Position numbers and translations under genes: made by a program. This document shows, one piece after another, positions 55,902 to 64,000 of a stretch of DNA of 64,000 bases. The first letter of the stretch is position 1, and each line of letters starts with the position of its first letter. The DNA lies in the NCBI GenBank assembly GCA_047602425.1, contig JASGHG010000001.1, positions 3,712,001-3,776,000 on the forward strand. The letters are read 5' to 3'. Source of the DNA: Nibricoccus sp. (GTDB lineage Bacteria; Verrucomicrobiota; Verrucomicrobiia; Opitutales; Opitutaceae). The notes beneath the pieces are model-generated. The model saw only the letters and a program-made list of their open reading frames with translations. It had not been told where the DNA came from and made no database searches.

Positions 55902-58787
55902 ATGAAACGACTATCATGCCTGTTATTTTGTGCTTTTCTCCTGCTCACGAGCGGAGCGCGCATTTTTGCCGCCACCACGCCGGCGACGGCGACGGCTCGC
56001 GAGCGTTTATTGATGGATTTTGGTTGGAAATTCCACCTCGGCAACGACTGGGGCATTGGCATCAATCTCGCCAAATCCGGCACCGGTTACGGCCCGGCCA
56101 ACCCGGTTTATAGCGACGCGAGCTGGCGCACGGTTAACCTGCCGCACGACTGGGCAATCGAACTGCCTTTCGATCGAAAGGCCGATATCTCGCATGGCTA
56201 CAAGGCTCTTGGCGTGGCCTTTCCGGAAAACAGCGTTGGTTGGTACCGTCGCGCTTTTAATCTCACCAAGGCAGATGCTGGCAAGCGCCTCTGGCTGGAA
56301 TTCGACGGCGTATTTAGAGATAGTACGGTTTTCGTTAATGGCTGGCAGGTGGGACGTCATGAGAGTGGCTACAGCAGTTTCCGCTACGATATCACGGACG
56401 TGGCCATTTTCGGCGGCAAAAATGTGGTCACAGTCCGCGTCGACGCCACGCAAACCGAAGGTTGGTTCTACGAAGGCGCCGGCATCTACCGGCATGTTTG
56501 GCTCGTGAAAACCTCGCCTGTTGCGATCGCTCCGGACGGCGTTTTTGTGCAGAGCAGTTTCCGCAACAACGCGCCTGGCGGCGCCGCGCAGGTCCATGCG
56601 CAGATCGAACTCGTCAACACCGCCACGGCCCCGGCGGACGCGGTCGTTATGTGGGACATCGCTGGGCCCGAAGGCAAAATTGTTGCCCGCGGACGCGAAC
56701 CGGCTCGTATCGAAAATTCAAGTACAGCATTGGTCAAATTCGAGGTGCGTATCGACGAGCCCGCTCTCTGGTCGCCCGAAACGCCGAAGCTCTACAAGCT
56801 CAACAGCACGCTGGTCGTGGGCCTGCAGACGCTGGACAAAGTCGAAACCAACTTTGGTTTGCGCACCGTCGCGTTCGATACGCAAAAGGGTTTTCTTCTC
56901 AACGGACAGCCGTACGTCATCAAAGGCACGTGCAACCATCAGGATCACGCGGGCGTTGGTGCGGCGCTGCCGGATCGGCTGCAATATTTTCGCATCGCGA
57001 AACTGAAGGAGATGGGCAGTAACGCCTATCGCACTTCGCATAACCCCCCGACCCCGGAACTGCTCGAAGCTTGCGACCGCCTCGGCATGCTGGTGATGGA
57101 TGAGAACCGCTTGCTTGGCAGCGACGCGCAAAACATCGACCGCCTAGAACGTCTCATTAAACGCGATCGCAACCACACCAGCGTTGTCATTTGGTCCATT
57201 GCCAACGAGGAATTCACTACTCAAGCCACGCCTGCCGGCAAACGTGTCGCTATCGCCATGCAGGCCGCGATCCGAAAACTGGATACAACGCGGCCTATCA
57301 CGTACGCGTCGCCGGTCGGTAACGAAGTCGCGGGCATCAACGAGGCCATCGAGATTCGCGGTTGGAATTACCACATTGGTCCTGGCGTTGACGAATACCG
57401 CGCCGCTCATCCGAAACAACCACATGTAGGCACCGAGCAGGGCAGCACGGTCAGCACGCGCGGTATCTACGAAAACGATACGGTTCGCGGTTACGTCAGC
57501 GCTTACGATGTCAACGCCCCCGAGTGGGCCAATCTCGCGCACGATTGGTGGAGCTTCTACAATGCCCGTCCGTGGCTTTCCGGCGGCTTTGTCTGGACCG
57601 GTTTCGATTACCGCGGCGAACCAACACCTTATGAATGGCCGTGCATCAACTCGCACTTTGGCATCTACGACACCTGCGGTTTTCCGAAGGACAATTTTTG
57701 GTACTACCGCTCGTGGTGGCAGGAACAACCCGTGTTGCACCTTTTGCCCCATTGGAACTGGGTCGGCAAGGAAGGGCAGGAGATCGAGGTGCGCGCGCTC
57801 AGCAATTGCGAAGAGGTTGAGCTTTTCCTCAACGGTCTGAGTCAGGGCAAGCAAACCATGCCGCGCGACGGCCAGTTGTCGTGGAAAGTCAAATACACGC
57901 CTGGCACGCTTTCGGCGAAGGGCTTCAAGGCCGGGCAGATGATTGCGGAGGAAAAAGTCGAAACCACGGGTGCTCCCGCCGCGGTCCAGCTTTTGCCTGA
58001 TCGGCCGGTAATCGATGCGAACGGCGAAGACTTGGCGGTTGTGACTGTTTCCGTCGCCGACGAACAAAATCGTATCGTTCCGACCGCGGGCAACCTCATC
58101 AGTTTCGAACTCGAAGGTCCGGGTCGCATTCTCGGTGTCGGCAACGGCGACCCAAGCTGCCATGAGCCCGACACGTTTATTCCAGCCACAACGACCCGGG
58201 TTATCCCGATCGACGGATGGCGCATGAAAAAAGGCATTGATCCATATGCCGCCACGGTTCCTGAAGTCGCCGAAAACGTCGACGATTCCTCCTGGCAGCC
58301 GGTTGATGTGACGGTTGAAAGCGGCCCACTCGGTTTGCGCGAGAAAGCGGTGTTTCGCGTTCGTCTCAATGTGACTGCGGAAGACCTTGCCTCGCCTGCC
58401 GTTGAGCTTTGGTTCGGCAAAATCGATGGCGGTGGCAACGTCTACATTAACGGTCAAAAGCTTGGGGGAACGGGCGACGCCCGCGCGGCCTCGGTTTACG
58501 ACGTGAAAAAATTACTGCGTGCCGGCGAAAACGTAATCGCCGTCACCGTGGCGAACTACGGTTCCGCCGCGGGCTTGAACAAAGGCGTGGAATTACGTCT
58601 GCAATCGGCACCACAATCCGTGATTTGGAGCCGCAGCGTTTTCAACGGACTTGCGCAGATCATCGTTCAGTCTGCCAAGGAGCCGGGCGACCTCAAATTA
58701 ACCGCGCGTGCCGACGGGTTGAAGCCGACGACGGTGACGATCCAATCAAAAGCGGCAACACCGCGCCAAGCCGTGCCGCTTCCCTGA
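55902..58787 (+). CDS. GH2 beta-galactosidase (secreted)
   Basis: VNLPHDW, LEFDGV, GWFYEGAGIYRHV, CNHQDHAGVG, RTSHNP, WSIANEE, VGTE, WTGFDYRGEPTP, VGNGDP. Confidence 0.93.
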   Translation: MKRLSCLLFCAFLLLTSGARIFAATTPATATARERLLMDFGWKFHLGNDWGIGINLAKSGTGYGPANPVYSDASWRTVNLPHDWAIELPFDRKADISHGYKALGVAFPENSVGWYRRAFNLTKADAGKRLWLEFDGVFRDSTVFVNGWQVGRHESGYSSFRYDITDVAIFGGKNVVTVRVDATQTEGWFYEGAGIYRHVWLVKTSPVAIAPDGVFVQSSFRNNAPGGAAQVHAQIELVNTATAPADAVVMWDIAGPEGKIVARGREPARIENSSTALVKFEVRIDEPALWSPETPKLYKLNSTLVVGLQTLDKVETNFGLRTVAFDTQKGFLLNGQPYVIKGTCNHQDHAGVGAALPDRLQYFRIAKLKEMGSNAYRTSHNPPTPELLEACDRLGMLVMDENRLLGSDAQNIDRLERLIKRDRNHTSVVIWSIANEEFTTQATPAGKRVAIAMQAAIRKLDTTRPITYASPVGNEVAGINEAIEIRGWNYHIGPGVDEYRAAHPKQPHVGTEQGSTVSTRGIYENDTVRGYVSAYDVNAPEWANLAHDWWSFYNARPWLSGGFVWTGFDYRGEPTPYEWPCINSHFGIYDTCGFPKDNFWYYRSWWQEQPVLHLLPHWNWVGKEGQEIEVRALSNCEEVELFLNGLSQGKQTMPRDGQLSWKVKYTPGTLSAKGFKAGQMIAEEKVETTGAPAAVQLLPDRPVIDANGEDLAVVTVSVADEQNRIVPTAGNLISFELEGPGRILGVGNGDPSCHEPDTFIPATTTRVIPIDGWRMKKGIDPYAATVPEVAENVDDSSWQPVDVTVESGPLGLREKAVFRVRLNVTAEDLASPAVELWFGKIDGGGNVYINGQKLGGTGDARAASVYDVKKLLRAGENVIAVTVANYGSAAGLNKGVELRLQSAPQSVIWSRSVFNGLAQIIVQSAKEPGDLKLTARADGLKPTTVTIQSKAATPRQAVPLP

Positions 58788-58809
58788 TACGATTTGTCCG
58801 CCCGTTCTC

Positions 58810-60801
58810 CTATAAACGTTTTAAAACCACCGGGGATTGTTCGGCTTCCTGAACCTTCTCAGCGAAACGAACAATCTCCGGGTAATTTTCCGCCGGCACC
58901 GTGGTTTCCTTGAGCGCCAGGGTTCGGTTGAGTACAAGCTGGCCGCTGGCATTTTTTTGAATGCTCGCGGAGTAGCGGCCGACCGAAGATTGGAGATCGG
59001 TGTTGGTTGGAAGTTCGTCGACCGCGAAGCCGTCCGGCAGGGAAATTTCGGTGTTTTCAGTCAATTCGATCGCGTCAATTCGCAAAGGCTGGGTGCGTTT
59101 TATCCGCATTGTCGGAAGCGCGGAGCTGGCGGGAAATATAATCGGTTTGAAAACAAGCAACGTGTCGCGCATCGGCTTGCCGTAGGCCTTTGCCTTGAGA
59201 TTCTCCGTGAGTGTGAAAGAACCTTGTTCAAAAGCATCGATGGCTTCGACGACTTCGACTTCCGCGCCGGCCACGGATTGTTGAATCTGCTTTTGCTGGC
59301 GCATCTGGAAATCGGTGGGTGACGTATTTCGAAACTCCGCCCGTATTTGCTCAGCAGTGGGGCCTGCGATTACCCGCTTGACCGTCCCGACGAAGGAACC
59401 GTCGGCTTGAATTTTGAGTGTGATGGATTTTTGCCCGGAACTGGGCTGGGAAAGCGGAAGCTGGCAAAGGTCCCCATCAGCGCCTGAGAGGAAAAGGCCA
59501 TAACCGCCGCTGTCGGCATGCGGCAGAATTCCGAATGGTACATAAGGATTGGTTGGGTCGAAGATCATAAGTCGACCTAGCTTGGGATGTATTAGAAGCG
59601 CTGGGCCATCGATGGTATCGTCGACCTGAATCGCGAGGATGCAGTGATTGAAATGGAGAACCGCAGGCCACTCGGCGCGGACGCGCTGGCGATCGCCCGA
59701 ATAGACAATCACGGGATATGACTCGATACCCTGCGTACGGAGGAGACCGCGCAGAAAGGTAGCCTTGTCTTTACAATCGCCATAATTGCAGCGGAAGACC
59801 TTCTCGGCGGGTTGAGGAATCATTCCGCCGCCATCTTCGGCGTTAAGGGTAATCGAAATATAGTTCGTTTTCTGAGCGTACAGGCACAATCGGCTGATGC
59901 GCTCGGACATTGTGGTGGCGCCGACGACGAGTGCGTCCGCCTTGGTTTTCATTTCCGCGCTGGGTGTGGCGGCCTTGTGATAGAGTGGGGTGAAATAGGC
60001 GGAGATGGCGGACCACGAGAAAAGTGATTTGCGGCAAATATTGTTGGCGGTTGCGGGCGGTTTTATGTCGAGCCCGATAGCTGGCTGCGTGACAATGCTG
60101 GCGGGAGAAAAAAGTTCGCGTCGCACGGCCGGCAACTGCCGCAATTCCCACGTGAGGGTATTTTCAGTGGCGATTGCTGGAATATTCGCATGGTTGAAGA
60201 CGTGAGGTTCGGCCTGCCAGGTCTTGGGCAGGCGCACGCTCAAGCGCGAGCATTCAATCGGGAATCTGCCAGTGAAATTCCACAACGTCTGGCTGATGAT
60301 TTGCTTTTCTTCGCGAACACTTTCCCAAGCAAACACCGATCCGGCCTCGGCATCCGCCACGGCGGAAATTTGCTGACGATGTCCGGCGCTGTAGAGTTCG
60401 CGGCTCGTCCCATAGGCGGCGGTCTCGACTATCTTGTTTTTGCCATAAACCAGCACGGGATCTTTGGGACGGACCAGCCAAGCCTTAAAGGAAACGACGC
60501 GTGACATTTCTGTGTTATAGCTGACAGACGCTTTCGCTTCGGAGCGCCCATCGGCGGTGAGGATGCGGGTCACGCCCCTGGTTCGGTAGGTGAAAGTGCC
60601 ATCCGGAGAAACGTCGATCAGCAGCTCATCGAGCAACATGACGGCGGGAGCCTTGCCATAGGGGAAGGAAGCTGGCTGCTCGGCGGCTTCGTTCACCCAG
60701 TTAGGCGCGGAAGCTGGTTCGGCCAGGCAGTTCGCAAAGGTCGACAGCAAACAAAGGCACATCGAGAAATAGGCCAGGCCCGGGTGGATGCGAAAGCTCA
60801 T
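58810..60801 (-). CDS. DUF3857 / transglutaminase-like domain protein with intact Cys-His-Asp triad
   Basis: YGDCKDKATFL, HFNHCILAI, IFDPT; C-terminal LPDGFAVDELP domain. Confidence 0.85.
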   Translation of the reverse strand: MSFRIHPGLAYFSMCLCLLSTFANCLAEPASAPNWVNEAAEQPASFPYGKAPAVMLLDELLIDVSPDGTFTYRTRGVTRILTADGRSEAKASVSYNTEMSRVVSFKAWLVRPKDPVLVYGKNKIVETAAYGTSRELYSAGHRQQISAVADAEAGSVFAWESVREEKQIISQTLWNFTGRFPIECSRLSVRLPKTWQAEPHVFNHANIPAIATENTLTWELRQLPAVRRELFSPASIVTQPAIGLDIKPPATANNICRKSLFSWSAISAYFTPLYHKAATPSAEMKTKADALVVGATTMSERISRLCLYAQKTNYISITLNAEDGGGMIPQPAEKVFRCNYGDCKDKATFLRGLLRTQGIESYPVIVYSGDRQRVRAEWPAVLHFNHCILAIQVDDTIDGPALLIHPKLGRLMIFDPTNPYVPFGILPHADSGGYGLFLSGADGDLCQLPLSQPSSGQKSITLKIQADGSFVGTVKRVIAGPTAEQIRAEFRNTSPTDFQMRQQKQIQQSVAGAEVEVVEAIDAFEQGSFTLTENLKAKAYGKPMRDTLLVFKPIIFPASSALPTMRIKRTQPLRIDAIELTENTEISLPDGFAVDELPTNTDLQSSVGRYSASIQKNASGQLVLNRTLALKETTVPAENYPEIVRFAEKVQEAEQSPVVLKRL

Positions 60802-62915
60802 GGCGCGAATTCCATCTCGGATTTTCCATCTTCGGCCGAAGTCGACTTGGCATCGGCATCGTTGGCGACTTCGGGTTTCTCCGGAGCCTCGTCGGGCGGG
60901 GCTTCAATGCTTTCATCGCGCTTAAGAGTGAGCGTGTGATCGTCATTCTCGCGGATTTTATCGAGGACAGTCTTGATCTTGGCATACACGGAGGCCTTGA
61001 AAATGAGATTGGTCAGGCTCAGCTCTCGTCGGCAGGAAAGAACATTTTTGACGCGGTTGAACGTGATTTGGGTTTCGCTGCTGCACAAGCCACCGACGGA
61101 GATCGGTGCTGGAGCACTGGCTGCTTCGAGGACGTAACCGATCGGTATGACGATGTTGATTTCGTCTCTGGTCTGAAAACGGTGCGGGAACAAGAGCGGC
61201 GTCTTGCGTTCGCCATCGGGCAGGGAGAACCGCTTGGTACCACCTTTCTGAAAAACAGCTGGCTGGATGAACAGCCGCGAGCCGGTCTTTTCCGCGTAGG
61301 AAGGCATGCGGACATGGTAGGTGACTTTGGTGTTGGTCAATGGATCGGCAGCATTTTCGACGACGACATCCGTGATGCGTGCCTGCTTGTATTGCCGCAG
61401 CAACCGCCCTCTGAAATATTCCGCACGCTTCTCGGGAGTTTTGTCATCGAGTAGATTCTTCAGGGAAAAATCCTCCTGACCGGAGTAAATTTCGACCACA
61501 TCGCCCTCCAGCGTGCCGCCGGACGTAAGGCGAAGATCGGCTTTGCGCTGGACCAGATTTTTTTCCGGCGGCTCGCCTTGGATGAAGGCGGGGCTCTCCT
61601 GACCTTTGGGATCGCTGACAAGGATGGTGGTGTCGGTGTTGCGTGGACGAAGCTGGCCGAAGGGCAGGTAGGTGGCGCCGGGATCGAAGAACTTCCATTC
61701 TCCGCCGAGTTGCACGGCGGCTACCGGATTGGGAAACACGAAGCGCGGTTCAGTGATGATTTCATTATAAATCAGTTCGAAACGGTTGTTGCACGCGGCG
61801 ACGCGCGCATCAAGACCCGCGGCGCGAGCCAAGGCGATAAACAGCAAGTTGACATCGAAGCCCGTTCCGACGCCGGCTTTGAGCACATCGTTGGCATCGT
61901 CGTTCTTTTTTAGGGCCTTCCGTTGTTCGGCGCTGAGACGCGTGGTATCGCGTTCGAGGTTGGTGATGCCGGTGCGGCACCAGTTATAGAGCTTCAACAG
62001 TTTGTCCTCCGGGCTTTGCACGCCGGCAGTCAACTCCGTGGCTTTGGCGGTGATATCTGGTGTGGTTTTTAGCGGGGAGGCATATTTTTTGTGCAGTTCC
62101 TTGCTATATTGACGCCAGAAATCGGCTGGAGGCAGGTTCTTCGACTGGCTGAGGTACACCAACATGGAGGCGCAGTTCATGATCATGGGTGGCGCGTAGG
62201 GCTCCTGCTTCGCGGCCGGGAGGTTGGTGAGTTCGAACTCGTAAAAGCCATCCGCCCTAGCGTCTAGTTTTTGGTTCGGGCAGTGATACGATAGCGAGCG
62301 CACGTCGGCTTGAAAGACTAGATTCGGCGTCGGCCTTAGCATCCCGACCCTGAAATGAACGCGTCGGATGGGCAGGTTGGCCTGGAATACGATGGGAGCT
62401 AAAAACTTCGGGCTTTTGGAGGAGAGGTAGTATTTGTATTCGACGATCGCTCCGACCTCGAGGGCGGGAAAGGCGAAGGTCTTTGTCCGTATGCGGCCTT
62501 CGTTGTCTCTTCGTTCTTCGCGGGAATGGATGTCATCGGACTTCACCTCGACGATGGTGCCGTCCGGTTTGATCGTTCGCGCGTAAAGACCCGAAATTTT
62601 TTGATCGGACTTGGAAGCGATTTTGACGAGCGAGAAGTATTTTATGCCGCGCTCGGAAAATATTTTTGCGCGGATGTAGTGGGTTTCCTCGGCACCTTCG
62701 ATGGACGTGTAATCGAGTACCACGTCGCGGATGAGAATCTCGGCACCGGCTTCCGGATCGATTTTGGGCGTGGTCTCGGCGAGTTCGCTCTTGTTGATCT
62801 TCAACCAATCCACCGCTCGCACGGAAGTGCCGCTAAAGACCAGTGCGCCGAGGCAGCACAGCCAGAATATAAACGATCGCGGCAACCCGGGGGCGGCGGA
62901 AAGCGTCATGCACAA
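60798..62915 (-). CDS. DUF3857 / transglutaminase-like domain protein, catalytic residues degenerate
   Basis: DPEAGAEIL, ARTIKPDG, FAFPALEVGAIVEY; GVGTGFDVNLL (no Cys), FFDPG; ATGA overlap with the downstream gene. Confidence 0.83.
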   Translation of the reverse strand: MCMTLSAAPGLPRSFIFWLCCLGALVFSGTSVRAVDWLKINKSELAETTPKIDPEAGAEILIRDVVLDYTSIEGAEETHYIRAKIFSERGIKYFSLVKIASKSDQKISGLYARTIKPDGTIVEVKSDDIHSREERRDNEGRIRTKTFAFPALEVGAIVEYKYYLSSKSPKFLAPIVFQANLPIRRVHFRVGMLRPTPNLVFQADVRSLSYHCPNQKLDARADGFYEFELTNLPAAKQEPYAPPMIMNCASMLVYLSQSKNLPPADFWRQYSKELHKKYASPLKTTPDITAKATELTAGVQSPEDKLLKLYNWCRTGITNLERDTTRLSAEQRKALKKNDDANDVLKAGVGTGFDVNLLFIALARAAGLDARVAACNNRFELIYNEIITEPRFVFPNPVAAVQLGGEWKFFDPGATYLPFGQLRPRNTDTTILVSDPKGQESPAFIQGEPPEKNLVQRKADLRLTSGGTLEGDVVEIYSGQEDFSLKNLLDDKTPEKRAEYFRGRLLRQYKQARITDVVVENAADPLTNTKVTYHVRMPSYAEKTGSRLFIQPAVFQKGGTKRFSLPDGERKTPLLFPHRFQTRDEINIVIPIGYVLEAASAPAPISVGGLCSSETQITFNRVKNVLSCRRELSLTNLIFKASVYAKIKTVLDKIRENDDHTLTLKRDESIEAPPDEAPEKPEVANDADAKSTSAEDGKSEMEFAP

Positions 62916-63016
62916 TGTCTCTAATGAGACCGTTCACGTGGGCAATCCCTATCTGGCCCTACCGGCTGGTTTTGAGAATACGTGAAATGGCCCGACGCGG
63001 ACTCGATCCCAGCACC

Positions 63017-64000
63017 TCATGAGACGAAATCCATATCGTCCCCGTCATCGTCATCAAGAGAGGTTTTTGAGTCGAGCTCGTCGGAGGAGTCTTCGCTCTC
63101 GACTGATTGAGGGATATCGATCGTTTCATCCCGTTTGAGAGAAAGGGTGTGATCGTCGCGCTCGCGTATTTTCCTGAGAACATCCTTCATTTTGGGGTAA
63201 ACCGAGGTGGGGAAGAAAATTTTTGAAAGATTGAATTCCCGCTTATACGTGACGGTTTTCGTGATTCTATTTAGGTTTATTTCAATGTCGTGGTCGCCCA
63301 AGCCATCGATATCCAAACCGACCGGTGGAGTGGTGGGTTCCATATCATAACCACTTGGAAGAACTATATGAATCTCATCCTTCGTTTGAAAGCGGTGGGG
63401 GAATTGCAGCGGATTGTAGCGTTCGCCATCGGGCAAAGTGAGCCGTTTAACACCGCCTTTTTGAAACACGGCTGGCTGAAAAAACATCCGGGAACCTGTC
63501 TTTTCCGCGTAGGCATGGATTTTGAGATGATAGGAAACTCGAAGATTTGCTGACGGGCCCGCAGCGTTTTCGACGACAACGTTCGTCACGCGAGCATGTT
63601 TGAACTGACGTAAAATCTTTTTTCTAAAAAGCTCGGCGCATTTGTCAGGACTTTGGTCCTCAAAGAAGTATTTCAAATTCACGTCCTCTTGTCCCGAATA
63701 AGTTTCCACGACGTCGCCTTCGATCGTGCCGGTCGGACTCAGGCGAAGGTCGGCTTTTCTTTGAATGCAATTGGCGTTTGATGGGTCCCCCTCGATCATG
63801 GTTGGGCGTCCGAGTCCGTTCGGGTCGCTCACGAGAAGGGCGGTATCTGTATTTTTGGATGAAAGCTGGCCGAAAGAAAGGTAAGTCGAGCCTGGATCAA
63901 AGTACCTCCAGTCGCCTCCCATTTGAACGGCTGCTATCAGATCGGAAAACACAAGAGCGGGCTCAGTGATGTTCTCTTCGTACCGAAACTCGAAGCGGTT
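63017..64000 (-). CDS. DUF3857 / transglutaminase-like protein, C-terminal part (runs off right edge); close paralog of the adjacent gene
   Basis: AAVQMGGDWRYFDPG, QRKADLRL, QPAVFQKGG..LPDGER..PL.FPHRFQT shared with 60798-62915; the frame stays open to the window end. Confidence 0.83.
   Translation of the reverse strand, partial: NRFEFRYEENITEPALVFSDLIAAVQMGGDWRYFDPGSTYLSFGQLSSKNTDTALLVSDPNGLGRPTMIEGDPSNANCIQRKADLRLSPTGTIEGDVVETYSGQEDVNLKYFFEDQSPDKCAELFRKKILRQFKHARVTNVVVENAAGPSANLRVSYHLKIHAYAEKTGSRMFFQPAVFQKGGVKRLTLPDGERYNPLQFPHRFQTKDEIHIVLPSGYDMEPTTPPVGLDIDGLGDHDIEINLNRITKTVTYKREFNLSKIFFPTSVYPKMKDVLRKIRERDDHTLSLKRDETIDIPQSVESEDSSDELDSKTSLDDDDGDDMDFVS

Overview
This is a GC-rich bacterial chromosomal segment. 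The gene content (Ig-rich secreted proteins, tandem HDOD genes, GTP-type PEPCK, membrane pyrophosphatase, DUF3857/transglutaminase genes) suggests Verrucomicrobia/Opitutaceae, but that is inference only. I could not support any rRNA, tRNA, CRISPR array, prophage or transposase. Left to right: hflX 5' end; hybrid His kinase; ABC-F (uup-like); WYL/YafY regulator with a palindromic operator and two VOC genes; creBC; two HDOD paralogs; pckG. Next is a ~17.7 kb extracytoplasmic redox region: monoheme cytochrome c, MtrB-like barrel, 8-heme MtrA-like lipoprotein, a second barrel, a two-component system with a cupredoxin, a heme-binding protein, DsbD, DUF3570-ApbE-TlpA-DUF4266 and an Ig/NHL surface protein. 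It is followed by an internally deleted MCP pseudogene, hppA, proB-frr-pyrH, an arsenic cluster (arsR-arsC-acr3-arsM-ECF sigma), two poly-serine surface enzymes with GlyGly-CTERM-like tails, an AraC/DUF418/GH2 galactan locus and three tandem DUF3857-transglutaminase-like genes. Most notable observations: (i) the porin-cytochrome plus flavinylation region with a shared GTAAC-N6-GTTAC motif and a candidate flavinylation site on a surface Ig/NHL protein; (ii) a dispersed family of TAWTA-centred palindromes with co-varying arms; (iii) intergenic hairpin elements built from short repeat units inserted inside operons. All family assignments come from motif recognition by eye, not from database searches.
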